Source of the DNA: Candidatus Latescibacterota bacterium
GTDB taxonomy: Bacteria; Latescibacterota; CBDEFO01
Length of the DNA stretch: 64,000 bases
Direction: 5' to 3'
NCBI GenBank assembly: GCA_965237525.1
Contig: CBDEFO010000004.1
Span: forward strand, 384,001-448,000
Positions 41,649 through 51,921 of this stretch are shown piece by piece; the stretch's first letter is position 1, and each line of letters begins with the position of its first letter. A model generated the notes under the pieces. It was not told the origin of the DNA. It worked only from the letters and a program-made list of their open reading frames with translations, and ran no database searches. The position numbers were made by a program, and so were the translations under genes.

Positions 41649-42800
41649 ATGGCAAAACGCGATTATTACGAGATATTGGAAATAGACAAAGGCTCCTCTC
41701 TTGAGGAGATAAAGAAAGCTTACAGAAAACAGGCTCTCAAATTTCATCCGGACAGAAACCCTGGAGATAATGAGGCAGAGGAAAAGTTCAAAGAGGCATC
41801 CGAGGCCTACGAGGTTCTGACCGATTCTGAAAAGAGATCTGCCTACGACCGATTTGGGCACGAGGGTCTGGGTGGTTCGTTTGGAACGGGGAATTTCCAG
41901 TGGTCGGATTTTACGCACGCTGCGGATTTTGAGGATATATTAGGGAACCTTTTCGGCGGCAGCCTTTTTGAGGACTTCTTCGGTACGAGGAGACGCTCGA
42001 GGAGAGGCAGTCCTCGAAAGGGAAGGGATAGAAGGATCACTTTAAGGCTGACATTGGAGGAGATATCTACAGGCGTCCAGAAGAAGGTGAGGGTTTCACG
42101 GTTGGAGCGCTGCGATGTCTGTCAGGGGAGCGGAGCTGAGCCAGGAACGTCTCCAAAGACCTGTCCTACCTGTAGCGGGAGCGGAGAGGTAAGACAGGCA
42201 TCCAGGTCGCTGTTCGGTCAGTTCATCAACGTGACGACCTGTCCGACCTGTGGTGGGGAAGGACAGGCGATAGATAAGCAGTGCCACAAATGCTCGGGTG
42301 AGGGAAGAGTGCAAAGCTCAACTACTATCTCTGTAGATGTTCCGGCCGGTGTGGCTGCGGGAAACTATATTTCTATGCGCGAGCAGGGAGACGCCGGACC
42401 CAAAGGTGGACCCCGAGGTGACCTTCTGGTCTTCATAGAAGAAGAGGAACATGAGTATTTCGAAAGGCACGGAGACGATGTTCTTTACGAACATCTAATA
42501 GACGTCACCCAAGCTGCTTTGGGAGATGAAGTGGAGGTTCCAACTCTTTCGGGACGGGTCAAAATGACGATAAAACCAGGAACTCAGTCCGGTCAAATAT
42601 TTCGACTCAGAGGAAAGGCTATACCTAAGTTGAACGGATCGGGAAGGGGTGATCAATTGGTCAAAGTTACGGTTTGGACGCCAACTAAACTTAGTCAAGA
42701 AGAAAGAGAGCTCTTCAGAGAACTAGCCAAACACGAAAATATCTCTCCTCCCGAATCTGAAAAGGGATTCTTCCAAAAATTCAAAGACGCTTTTCAATAG
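41649..42800 (+). CDS. dnaJ: Chaperone DnaJ
   Basis: HPD motif, G/F region, four CxxCxGxG repeats. Confidence 0.98.
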   Translation: MAKRDYYEILEIDKGSSLEEIKKAYRKQALKFHPDRNPGDNEAEEKFKEASEAYEVLTDSEKRSAYDRFGHEGLGGSFGTGNFQWSDFTHAADFEDILGNLFGGSLFEDFFGTRRRSRRGSPRKGRDRRITLRLTLEEISTGVQKKVRVSRLERCDVCQGSGAEPGTSPKTCPTCSGSGEVRQASRSLFGQFINVTTCPTCGGEGQAIDKQCHKCSGEGRVQSSTTISVDVPAGVAAGNYISMREQGDAGPKGGPRGDLLVFIEEEEHEYFERHGDDVLYEHLIDVTQAALGDEVEVPTLSGRVKMTIKPGTQSGQIFRLRGKAIPKLNGSGRGDQLVKVTVWTPTKLSQEERELFRELAKHENISPPESEKGFFQKFKDAFQ

Positions 42801-42839
42801 TAAGACAGTAGACAGGGGGTACCGCCTCTCCTCCAAACC

Positions 42840-42968
42840 GTCATTGCGAGCACCCCCGATTGAATCTATCAGGGGGAAGCAATCTCACTTAAACTGCCTC
42901 GTCTACTATTTGCCGTCCACTATTTTGGATCTCTATAATCACCTCCAGACTATTTTGACCCGATACTT
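42840..42968. repeat. REP-like element containing a mini-hairpin (42853-42876), followed by the 80-bp repeat
   Basis: GTCATTGCGAGCA[CCCCCGATTGAATCTATCAGGGG]GAAGCAATCTC...GACTATTTTGACCCGATACTT. Confidence 0.75.
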
Positions 42969-43002
42969 AGTTGCGTTTAAAGTGACTATAGGGGCTGACA
43001 AT

Positions 43003-43923
43003 GTGACGGATGTAAAAGGACAGGCCTCTCAGGATAGAGATTGGTTTGAGTTAAAGACACAGGTATCATACCAATCTGCAGACTCGGTGGCTAACTTCCT
43101 GATGGAGATGGGAAGTTTGGGAATCCAGTTGGACGAGGCATCGTCTGACCCTTTCGTCAAATTGACCGCCTATTTTCACAGGACAACAGACCCCGAGAAG
43201 ATTCTATTCCGACTGGATAACTACCTTCGTTGTCTCTTAGACATCGGCTCTCTGACTTCGATCTTGCCTCCTTTGCTTCGTGATCTGAAAGGCTTGAATT
43301 GGGAGGCTAAAAGGCGGCTACACTTCCCTCCGGTTAGGATCTCCGAAAAGATTATTATTATCCCTCCTTGGGGGAAAAGTCCTTCCAAGACAGAAGTGAA
43401 CGCTCCACTTTTTATCGTTATCGATCCAAAGATGGCGTTCGGGACAGGTAAGCACGAGACCACACAGGTTGCGCTTCTGCTTTTGGAAAAAACGATTCGA
43501 AAAGGAGATTTTGTGCTCGATGTGGGGACAGGAACGGGAATACAGAGTATCGCGGCCGCCAAATTAGGGGCAGAAAGGATAGTGGGTGTTGACATAGATC
43601 CACAGGCGATAAGGGATGCAGGGGAGAATTTAACTTTGAACAACGTCTCCTCTAAAGTCCGCCTCCAGACCGGTACAGTAACAGATATAGCCGCCAGAGA
43701 TTTTGACCTTATTGTGGCTAACATAGAGACACAGGCTCTCCTTCCCTGTTTAGACAGATTCGAAGAGCTTCTCAAGCCCAGGGGAAGGGTTATTTTTTCT
43801 GGTATTCTGGCATCTGAGGAGGATCTATTCAGCTCAAAACTCAAAGAGAGGGGATTTGAGAATCCCTCGTCCGAGAAGATGGGCCAGTGGGTGGGAATAT
43901 CGGCCATCTCGAAAGGAACGTAA
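43003..43923 (+). CDS. prmA: Ribosomal protein L11 methyltransferase
   Basis: DPKMAFGTGKHETT, LDVGTGTG, VANI, SGIL. Confidence 0.93.
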   Translation: MTDVKGQASQDRDWFELKTQVSYQSADSVANFLMEMGSLGIQLDEASSDPFVKLTAYFHRTTDPEKILFRLDNYLRCLLDIGSLTSILPPLLRDLKGLNWEAKRRLHFPPVRISEKIIIIPPWGKSPSKTEVNAPLFIVIDPKMAFGTGKHETTQVALLLLEKTIRKGDFVLDVGTGTGIQSIAAAKLGAERIVGVDIDPQAIRDAGENLTLNNVSSKVRLQTGTVTDIAARDFDLIVANIETQALLPCLDRFEELLKPRGRVIFSGILASEEDLFSSKLKERGFENPSSEKMGQWVGISAISKGT

Positions 43924-44651
43924 TGTCCGGCTTCTACATCGCTCCGGATGACGTTTGTAAAGACCGCGCCATCCTCAGGGGCGAAGAATTTCATCACGCA
44001 ATTCACGTAAAGCGGACTAACATAGGAGATATCATAGACGCGGTAGATGGCATCGGAAATTTCTACCGGATCGAAATAGATTCTGTCGAGAGTGACAGAC
44101 TCGAAGGCCACATCGTCTTTTGCGATCAGAACGTCGGAGAGCCTGAATATAAGGTAACTTTGGCACAATCTCTGATAAGAGGAAACAGATTCGATCTGGT
44201 GGTTGAAAAGGCTGTGGAGGTCGGAATCTACAGGATAGTGCCGGTCATTTCCTGTAGAACCGTGCGCGCTTTGAAGGGGAAAACAGGGCGGTGGAGGAAG
44301 ATAGCAAAGTCGGCTATGAAACAGTCGGGAAGATCCCGTCTCCCCCAAATCTGTAATCCACTACCCCTTGACGATTCCCTCTGTCTGCTTAATAACGATA
44401 CGGACGTCCTTCTGATGGCCTGGGAGGGCGAAACGGATGGGACACTCAAAGATGCTCTTTCTGAATGTAAGGGAGTAGAATCTGTAGGAGTCGTTATCGG
44501 TCCTGAGGGAGGGTTCACAAAGGAGGAGGTCCAAATAGCTCGCAAATTCGGAGCATCCACCTTTTCTCTTGGACCCACAAAGCTTAAATCCGAGACCGCC
44601 GGAATAGTCTCGACAGCTCTCGTATTATACCAACTGCGACAGATAGTGTGA
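43923..44651 (+). CDS. rsmE: 16S rRNA m3U1498 methyltransferase
   Basis: KAVEVG, AMKQSGR, IGPEGGF, LKSETA. Confidence 0.93.
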   Translation: MSGFYIAPDDVCKDRAILRGEEFHHAIHVKRTNIGDIIDAVDGIGNFYRIEIDSVESDRLEGHIVFCDQNVGEPEYKVTLAQSLIRGNRFDLVVEKAVEVGIYRIVPVISCRTVRALKGKTGRWRKIAKSAMKQSGRSRLPQICNPLPLDDSLCLLNNDTDVLLMAWEGETDGTLKDALSECKGVESVGVVIGPEGGFTKEEVQIARKFGASTFSLGPTKLKSETAGIVSTALVLYQLRQIV

Positions 44652-44690
44652 TTAATAGACAGTAAGCAGGGGGTGGAGTGGCCCTGTCTA

Positions 44691-44732
44691 CCCCCGATTG
44701 AACCCCCGATTGACTCTATGGGGGGTCGGGGG
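44691..44732. repeat. Self-nested mini-hairpin
   Basis: CCCCCGATTGAA[CCCCCGATTGACTCTATGGGGG]GTCGGGGG. Confidence 0.7.
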
Positions 44733-44763
44733 CTACTGGCTACTTCTTTTGAGGAGGCCTTCT

Positions 44764-45108
44764 ATGCCCGACTGCATATTCTGCAAGATAGCTGATGGAG
44801 AAATCCAAAGCACTATAGTATACAGCGACGACGATCTTGTGGCTTTTGAGGATGTAAACCCACAAGCCCCAGTCCATATATTGGTCATTCCCAGAAGGCA
44901 CATTTCTACCTTGAACGATCTTTCAGTGGGTGATAGCGATACAATAGCCAAAATGATCATAGCAGCAGCCGAGATAGCCAAGGACAGAGGGATATCGGAT
45001 TCGGGCTACAGGCTCGTTTTTAACTGCAACCGCGGGGCGGGACAGTCGGTCTTTCATATACATATGCACCTTTTGGGAGGCAGGAGCATGAACTGGCCGC
45101 CCGGATGA
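44764..45108 (+). CDS. Histidine triad (HinT-like) protein
   Basis: DCIFCKI, GQSVFHIHMHLLGGR, WPPG. Confidence 0.95.
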   Translation: MPDCIFCKIADGEIQSTIVYSDDDLVAFEDVNPQAPVHILVIPRRHISTLNDLSVGDSDTIAKMIIAAAEIAKDRGISDSGYRLVFNCNRGAGQSVFHIHMHLLGGRSMNWPPG

Positions 45109-45275
45109 AGGGGTATCGAAGAACCTTTTGGGCAAAATAGAATTAACTTGACATGATGTGGACATTGTTGCAAATTTATAACTTCAAAGCGGAAAAAGTT
45201 GAATCCCACCGGCGGAAGAGATAGTCATATAGACTTAGTAGATGCTGCACAACATCTTCAAAAGGAGATGGAGTT

Positions 45276-46358
45276 GTGATGCGCATGATTGTAACATTTT
45301 CGTCGGGGATCGGCGCTATGCTCCTCATTCTTGGATGTGGTCGGGGACCAGCCGATAGTGTAATTGGATCGGATTACTCAGGCTCCACATCGGCAGATCA
45401 GGAGTCAACAGATAGACTTAAGAAAGCTGCAGGAGAGGACGACAGCGGTGATCTCGTGGTCGGTACGGAGGATTCAGGAGACATCAGGAACCTGATTGAC
45501 CTTGTGGCTGGCGCGGATCACGAGGGTCATGGTGGTTCTCATAGTGATCAGATAACTCATGACATAGAGCAAGACGGCGATAGTGATTCTCACAGCGATG
45601 AGGTGACTGATGACATAGAACGCGACGTTGATCGTGATACTCATAGTGATCAGATAACTCACGACATAGAGCAAGACGGCGATAGTGATTCTCATGGAGA
45701 CAATCTTGCTCGTGCCTTAGATCACGACAATGATAGTGATTCTCATAGCGATGAAGTGACTGATGACATAGAACGCGACGTTGATCGTGATACTCATAGT
45801 GATCAGATAACTCATGGCATAGAGCAAGACAGCGATAGTGATTCTCATGGAGACAATCTTGCTCGTGCCTTAGATCACGACAATGATAGTGATTCTCATA
45901 GCGATGAAGTGACTGATGACATAGAACGCGACGTTGATCGTGATACTCATAGTGATCAGATAACTCATGGCATAGAGCAAGACAGCGATAGTGATTCTCA
46001 TGGAGACAATCTTGCTCGTGCCTTAGATCACGACAATGATAGTGATTCTCATAGCGATGAAGTGACTGATGACATAGAACGCGACGTTGATCGTGATACT
46101 CATAGTGATCAGATAACTCATGGCATAGAGCAAGACAGCGATAGTGATTCTCATGGAGACAATCTTGCTCGTGCCTTAGATCACGACAATGATAGTGATT
46201 CTCATAGCGATGAAGTGACTGATGACATAGAACGCGACGTTGATCGTGATACTCATAGTGATCAGATAACTCATGACATAGAGCAAGACGGCGATAGTGA
46301 TTCTCATAGCGATGATGTTTCTGGTGATGAGGACGGGACGGACCACAGTCACGAATAG
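45276..46358 (+). CDS. His/Asp-rich repetitive lipoprotein
   Basis: AAGGAG RBS, ILGC lipobox, fifteen 17-aa repeats. Confidence 0.85.
   Translation: MMRMIVTFSSGIGAMLLILGCGRGPADSVIGSDYSGSTSADQESTDRLKKAAGEDDSGDLVVGTEDSGDIRNLIDLVAGADHEGHGGSHSDQITHDIEQDGDSDSHSDEVTDDIERDVDRDTHSDQITHDIEQDGDSDSHGDNLARALDHDNDSDSHSDEVTDDIERDVDRDTHSDQITHGIEQDSDSDSHGDNLARALDHDNDSDSHSDEVTDDIERDVDRDTHSDQITHGIEQDSDSDSHGDNLARALDHDNDSDSHSDEVTDDIERDVDRDTHSDQITHGIEQDSDSDSHGDNLARALDHDNDSDSHSDEVTDDIERDVDRDTHSDQITHDIEQDGDSDSHSDDVSGDEDGTDHSHE
45534..46298 (+). repeat. Coding higher-order tandem repeat: 51-bp subunits A/B/C forming 153-bp units
   Basis: Order B-(ABC)x4-AB, 765 bp, near-identical copies. Confidence 0.95.
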
Positions 46359-46383
46359 AAAGGCTATGTAGCAGCCGGCGACG

Positions 46384-46421
46384 GCGACATGCAGGGCGTC
46401 ATGCGACATGCAGGGCGTCAT
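46384..46421. repeat. Exact 19-bp tandem duplication
   Basis: GCGACATGCAGGGCGTCAT x2. Confidence 0.8.
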
Positions 46422-46599
46422 CAGGATGTCAAAGACCTATCATTCAAGATTAATCGAAGGTCCAAGGAGAAGTCTCCCGGCTTCATAGGACTAATAACCT
46501 GTACGCAGTGGGTAGGGGGGAAGTTCCGCTGTGTACTCATATCCGATAACTTTTGTCAAGATACTTAGTTTAGATTCTAATTGTTGGAAGGAAAGGGAA

Positions 46600-46773
46600 A
46601 TGTCTCTGAAAAAGGAACTTCTGGACATCCTTGCATGTCCTAAATGCAAGGGGGAGTTGGAATACGATCAAGAGAACGAAAAGCTTACCTGCTGGTCGTG
46701 CAAGCTGCGATATTCCATTGAGGATGACATACCTATTATGCTCATAGATGAGGCGGAAAAGATCGAAGATTGA
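46600..46773 (+). CDS. Trm112/YcaR family protein
   Basis: LLDILACPKCKG...C..C.LRYSIEDDIPIMLIDEA. Confidence 0.93.
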   Translation: MSLKKELLDILACPKCKGELEYDQENEKLTCWSCKLRYSIEDDIPIMLIDEAEKIED

Positions 46774-49700
46774 ACATCGGTGAAAAAATTCGCAAGGTGT
46801 CCGCAGAAGGCTTATATATGCATCGCTTCGCTCTGTTTGCCGCCTTACTTTTAGCCCTGTCGGCTTACAGTCACGCCGGAGAGATAGCAGTGACCAGTTC
46901 GGATCGTTCTGGAATAGGATTAGTTTACACGATAGATGAATTTGAAGGAGCCCGGTTAGAAAGAAACGTAAGGGAGGACGTAGCTCTTTTTATGGACGCG
47001 GATCAAGCGGAGACAGATAGAGGTTCGATAGTCTTCCCGTCAGAATCCTTCTTGATAGCGGTTCCACCTAATGGCGGGGCTATACTCAGACGGGTAGATA
47101 GTGATCTACTGCTTAACATTTTTCAGACTGAGTCCACAAAGGACTATCGTGACGCGCCAACACAACCGGTGGTTCTTTCAGAACCGGGCACTTTGAGGGA
47201 TCAAAGTGTCGTTACCCTCACCTTTTACCCAGCGGTGTACGATCCCTCAAAAGATCATATCGTCGCCTACAAGCAAATAGAAGCTAATATTGGGTTCTAC
47301 GGCGATTATGAAGGTCCCCTCTCCGTCTCTCACCGTGAATCGGAAATAGGTGAAGAAATATACAAAATCCTTCTCAACTATCAAGAGGGCAAGTACTGGA
47401 GGAAAGGTACAGATGACTCCAGTCCCAAGGTCATTTCTGATGGTCCCTTTGCTTCGGGAGAGTGGCTGAAGATTCACATCGAAGATGATGGAATATATGC
47501 CATAAGCGGTACGGATATCCAAAACGCCGGAGTGGACATATCAAGGATCGATCCGAACACCATAAAGATGTTTTACGGAGGGGGGGAACAACTCCCCGAG
47601 GGAATGTTCACCCCAAGAAGACAGAATATGGACAAGATAGCCATCCGTGTGGACGATGGAGGAGACGGAAGGCTGGATCCGGACGATTATATGCTCTTCT
47701 ACGGGAACAATATCTCCAGATGGCGTTACGTTTCGAGGAAGAAGGAATTTGCGTACTTCCTTAATGAATTTACCAGACAGAACGTATATTGGCTTACCTT
47801 CGGGAGTGGACAGGGCAAGAGGATGATCCCTCTGGACGGAAGTCTCAAGGATCCTGACCCTGTGCGTCCCTTAAGCTTTAGGGACAGGCTCCACGTTGAG
47901 CAGGAGCTCTTTTCGTTTGAGAAGGACTCGGGTAGACGGTGGTACTGGGAAGATTACTCAGGAAACAGGAGAGTCAAAAGGCGGTTGATCACCTCTCCTG
48001 CCGAAGGACCTACAAACGTTAAAGTCAGATTTCTAGGCAATCAAGACAACGTAAAGCACGAGTTTTCGTTCTCTTTCAACGGCTCTTCCCTTGGGAACGC
48101 TCAGTTCTACAACAGATCTACAGAGATCGTAGAGCTTGAGTCTCCCGAGCCTCCCAGGGACGGACTTAACGATTTAGAGATAAGACAGATAGGAAAGACA
48201 TCCGTCCGACTGGACTGGTACGAATTAGAGTATTCTAGAAAGTTCGTCATAGACGAGGGGGAACTCTTCTTCACCTCCCCTGTCGATTCCGGGAGCGCCC
48301 AATTTGAAATTTCCGGTGTTTTAAGTCCGGTCTTTGAAATTCTTGAGGTCTCAGATCCTTTCAATGTCTTAAGGGTTGTCAACTTTTCCTACGACAGTGG
48401 CAAGGAGTCCGTCACATTTCAGGGCCAAAGCAAAAAGAATCCTCCCATGCAGTATTGTATTGCGCTAGATTCTCAGTGGAAGTCTCCCGCTAGAATATCT
48501 TTGAAGGAAAACTCCAACCTCAGAAGCCCCGATAATGGCGCCGACTATCTGCTCATAACGCACAGGGACTTTATTGACGAGGCCAGAAGGCTTGCCGAAT
48601 GGAGGGAGACCGATGACCGCTTTGGACCGCCCCTATCTGTCGAGCTTATAGATGTTGAACACATCTACGATGAGTTTTCCTGGGGGGTCTTCGATCCTAC
48701 AGCCATAAGGGATTTTATAAAGCATACTTTCGGCAACTGGAGGATAAGGCCGACATTTGTCAATCTCTTCGGCGACGGGTCGTTCGATTACAAGAACAAC
48801 AGCGGCATCAGCCCGGGTAATTGGATACCTCCCTATGAGAAGAGCATAAGCAGTCTGGACGAGTGGTACGTCCTTGTCAGTGACGACAGAGACAGGCGTC
48901 CTGATATGGCTATAGGAAGGATCTCCGTTCAGACTAAAGAAGAGGCGAAGATTGTCTCGGATAAGATCATCGGCTACGACAGAGATCCCGAGATAGGAGA
49001 CTGGCAAAGCAAGATCATTATCGTAGCGGATGACGAAAGAAAGAGCAATCCTGCGAGTTTAGAGCCGGATTTTGCGCAAGATGCCGAAGATATATCCCTA
49101 AATTTTGTGCCGCAGGAGTTGGATCAGGTTAAGATATTCCTTATGGAATTTGACAAAATAGGAAGATTCAAACCCGATGCCAACAGGGTATTCATAGACG
49201 CTTTTAATAAAGGGGCGGTGCTTTTAAGCTACGTCGGGCACGGCAACTCAGATGTCCTTGCCCACGAGCATGTCTTTGTAGCCTCAAGCGACATGTCTAA
49301 GATAAACAACGGTAGGAGGCTTCCGCTGATGTATCTGGCGGCAAGCCAGACAGGCTGGTTCGACGACCCTGATTTTGAATCTTTGCCCGAGACGATGGTC
49401 AAATGGCCGGTGGGAGGGTGCATAGCCGTCATCGGAGCCACAAGAGTAGGCTTTCACGCTTCAAACATGGATCTGAACAGGAGATTCTACGACAGGCTCT
49501 TCCTTTCAAAAAGAGAAAGTGTACCCATAGGCCTGGCATTTTGGGAAGCAAAGCTACTGGTCGGAAGTGGCGGTATCTTTAACACCCGCAGATACACCAT
49601 CTTCGGCGACCCAGGCACAAGGCTTTCCCTCCCTCTACTTTCTGTTGACATCGCCATCTCAAAGAACATCAAGGCGTTAGAAGAGGTTAAGTTTGAAGGT

Positions 49701-50645
49701 TCCGTGCTATCACCTGATGGAGATCCTACAGACTTCCAGGGACAGGCCATTATAAAGGTCTTCGACTCGGGGATTCAAGTAATCAGGACTATTGAGTCTC
49801 CCAGAGACGTCAGATATTTTCTCCCCGGAGCTACTATATTCAAAGGCACCTTCCCCGTGGATAACGGTCACTTTGCGGGTGCTTTTAAGGTCCCCAAGGA
49901 CGTAACATACGGGGGACGCTTTGCCAGAATAAGCGCGTTTGTATGGAATGACAGGATCTCAGGCACAGGCGAAGTTGAGTCTATATCTATAACTGGAACT
50001 GCAGAAGCTTCCGTGCAAGATGAGACAGGACCTACTATCGAGATAGGATTCCAGGGACAAAAAGGCTTTCAAGACGGGGATTTTGTATCGCGCACTCCTA
50101 TTCTAGAGGCGACTATCCAGGACGAAAACGGAATAAACGTAACAGGAGAAATAGGGCACGAAATACAGATCAAAATAGATGACGAAAGGGTCTTTAAGGT
50201 TACGGAGAACTTTGTAAACCAAGACAGCTACCAGGTGGGGGTTCTGAAGTATCAACTCCCGCAGCTTTCAGAAGGAGAACATACTATAGTAGTTAAAGCC
50301 TGGGATACGTTCAACAATTCATCCAAGAAGGTTGTACAAGTCGTGGTAGCTTCCGAAAGGGAGTTTTCAATTTCAAACCTTTTGTGCTATCCGAATCCGA
50401 TGACGTCCCAAACGACCTTCACTTACGAACTCAGTCAACCAGCTTTGAGTGTAAAGATCAAAGTGTTCTCACCTTCAGGCAGACTTATAGACGATCTTGA
50501 GGGGGAGACTGGGAGGGGATACAACCAGACTGGTTGGATACCCGATGTCGAGTTAGCAAACGGCGTGTATCTCTACAAAATTGAGGTCCTAGGATCTGGA
50601 GGAGACAAAGATGAGAAGACGGATAAGATTGTAGTTATGAGATAG
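46770..50645 (+). CDS. porU: PorU-like C25 (gingipain-fold) T9SS sortase with CTD; alternative start at 46818
   Basis: IYDEFS.G..DPTAIRDF, LFGDGSFD, DMAIGRI, YVGHG, GDPG, DETGPTI, DENGIN, KAWDTFNNS, YPNP CTD. Confidence 0.85.
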   Translation: MNIGEKIRKVSAEGLYMHRFALFAALLLALSAYSHAGEIAVTSSDRSGIGLVYTIDEFEGARLERNVREDVALFMDADQAETDRGSIVFPSESFLIAVPPNGGAILRRVDSDLLLNIFQTESTKDYRDAPTQPVVLSEPGTLRDQSVVTLTFYPAVYDPSKDHIVAYKQIEANIGFYGDYEGPLSVSHRESEIGEEIYKILLNYQEGKYWRKGTDDSSPKVISDGPFASGEWLKIHIEDDGIYAISGTDIQNAGVDISRIDPNTIKMFYGGGEQLPEGMFTPRRQNMDKIAIRVDDGGDGRLDPDDYMLFYGNNISRWRYVSRKKEFAYFLNEFTRQNVYWLTFGSGQGKRMIPLDGSLKDPDPVRPLSFRDRLHVEQELFSFEKDSGRRWYWEDYSGNRRVKRRLITSPAEGPTNVKVRFLGNQDNVKHEFSFSFNGSSLGNAQFYNRSTEIVELESPEPPRDGLNDLEIRQIGKTSVRLDWYELEYSRKFVIDEGELFFTSPVDSGSAQFEISGVLSPVFEILEVSDPFNVLRVVNFSYDSGKESVTFQGQSKKNPPMQYCIALDSQWKSPARISLKENSNLRSPDNGADYLLITHRDFIDEARRLAEWRETDDRFGPPLSVELIDVEHIYDEFSWGVFDPTAIRDFIKHTFGNWRIRPTFVNLFGDGSFDYKNNSGISPGNWIPPYEKSISSLDEWYVLVSDDRDRRPDMAIGRISVQTKEEAKIVSDKIIGYDRDPEIGDWQSKIIIVADDERKSNPASLEPDFAQDAEDISLNFVPQELDQVKIFLMEFDKIGRFKPDANRVFIDAFNKGAVLLSYVGHGNSDVLAHEHVFVASSDMSKINNGRRLPLMYLAASQTGWFDDPDFESLPETMVKWPVGGCIAVIGATRVGFHASNMDLNRRFYDRLFLSKRESVPIGLAFWEAKLLVGSGGIFNTRRYTIFGDPGTRLSLPLLSVDIAISKNIKALEEVKFEGSVLSPDGDPTDFQGQAIIKVFDSGIQVIRTIESPRDVRYFLPGATIFKGTFPVDNGHFAGAFKVPKDVTYGGRFARISAFVWNDRISGTGEVESISITGTAEASVQDETGPTIEIGFQGQKGFQDGDFVSRTPILEATIQDENGINVTGEIGHEIQIKIDDERVFKVTENFVNQDSYQVGVLKYQLPQLSEGEHTIVVKAWDTFNNSSKKVVQVVVASEREFSISNLLCYPNPMTSQTTFTYELSQPALSVKIKVFSPSGRLIDDLEGETGRGYNQTGWIPDVELANGVYLYKIEVLGSGGDKDEKTDKIVVMR

Positions 50646-50662
50646 TCAACCAAGACAGAATT

Positions 50663-50746
50663 GAGATTGCTTCGCTTCGCGCGCAATGACAGTTTGCTTG
50701 GCGTTTGCCTTAGTCATTGCTAGGGCTGCAACCCCGAAGCAATCTC
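50663..50746. repeat. REP-like inverted pair
   Basis: GAGATTGCTTCGCTTCGCGCGCAATGAC and GTCATTGC...GAAGCAATCTC. Confidence 0.7.
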
Positions 50747-50786
50747 AAAGGAATTATTTTATTCCCTTTGTTAAAAGGAGGTAAAA

Positions 50787-51842
50787 ATGCAACTAGTCAT
50801 TCGTATCGTCATCTCAGCGATAATGTTCCTCTCTCTTGCTGCACCTTCAGAGGCTACGCCAGAAAGCCAGGCTGCTGTCCTCTTTCTGTTGATAGAGCCG
50901 GGGGCACGGGCCTCAGCCTTAGGCGACGCTTACGTTTCTATAGCGGACGACGCCACAGCCAGCTACTTTAATCCTGCTGGCTTAGCGGGACAGACAAAGA
51001 GGGATATGACCTTTACCCATACCAAGTGGCTTCCAGGACTGGCGGATGACCTGTTCTTCGAGTTTGTCGGATACTCTCAGCCTATTGAAGGATGGGGAAA
51101 CGTCGGGGTCAACCTTTCGTTCCTCACTTTGGGAACTCAGGAAAGGAGAGACGAGTTCAACAACGATTTAGGCACGTTCTCCAGCTACGATTTTGCCCTT
51201 TCACTTGCGTACGGAGCGTTTGTAACTAAAGAGAGTTCAGCGGGTCTTACGCTCAAGATAATCCGCAGCAATCTTGCAGATGTAGGCACCGGTAAGGAGA
51301 GAGGAGAAGGCGTCGGCACAACGTTCGCCACCGATCTTGGCTACCTGCGGCGCTCAGAAGACGGCATCAACTTCGGAGTCGCCCTTCGCAACCTGGGGCC
51401 CAAAATAAGCTTCGTGGATGCATCTCAGGCAGATCCACTACCTCAGCATATCGTAGTCGGAGCATCGTACAAGATCATCAACACCGAGTTCAACGACATA
51501 ATGCTGACGGCCGACTTCTATAAGCCCTTAATAACCAGGGACAGTAACTTCCTGGTAGCTCTGGTCAAGGCGTGGGGAGATGAATCCTTCAAAAATGAAA
51601 GAGGCGAAATTGACATCCACTTGGGAGGAGAGTATCAATACTTTCTGGATCCCAATCAGAACTCCTTTTTCGCTCTCAGAGCGGGTTATACCTACGACAA
51701 GGACGGGGAGATCAAAACCCCGACTTTCGGCGTAGGTCTCAAGTACGACTGGGTGAGATTCGATTTTGCCTACATCTCTGGCGGTTCGAAGGATTCTCCC
51801 CTCCAGGACAGCACGAAGTTTTCGGTAAACCTGAACTTCTAA
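50787..51842 (+). CDS. porV: PorV/PorQ family outer-membrane protein
   Basis: FLLIEPGARASALGDA...DDATASYFNPAGL, NLGPKI, terminal Phe; adjacent to porU. Confidence 0.85.
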   Translation: MQLVIRIVISAIMFLSLAAPSEATPESQAAVLFLLIEPGARASALGDAYVSIADDATASYFNPAGLAGQTKRDMTFTHTKWLPGLADDLFFEFVGYSQPIEGWGNVGVNLSFLTLGTQERRDEFNNDLGTFSSYDFALSLAYGAFVTKESSAGLTLKIIRSNLADVGTGKERGEGVGTTFATDLGYLRRSEDGINFGVALRNLGPKISFVDASQADPLPQHIVVGASYKIINTEFNDIMLTADFYKPLITRDSNFLVALVKAWGDESFKNERGEIDIHLGGEYQYFLDPNQNSFFALRAGYTYDKDGEIKTPTFGVGLKYDWVRFDFAYISGGSKDSPLQDSTKFSVNLNF

Positions 51843-51921
51843 GGCGGATCGTCCAGCTGTGAGGATGGCACAGCCTTCTTGCAACCTTCCTGAGGCAAGG
51901 GAACGTCCACACTACAGAAAG

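Noticed and set aside
43221..44348. 375-aa minus-strand ORF and similar long antisense ORFs (28141-28800, 53622-54275, 62364-63014)
   Set aside because: Shadows of well-supported plus-strand genes, with no recognisable motifs.
45534..46298. Possible CRISPR array
   Set aside because: The intervening sequences are themselves repeated, the period is a multiple of 3 inside an ORF, and no cas genes are present.
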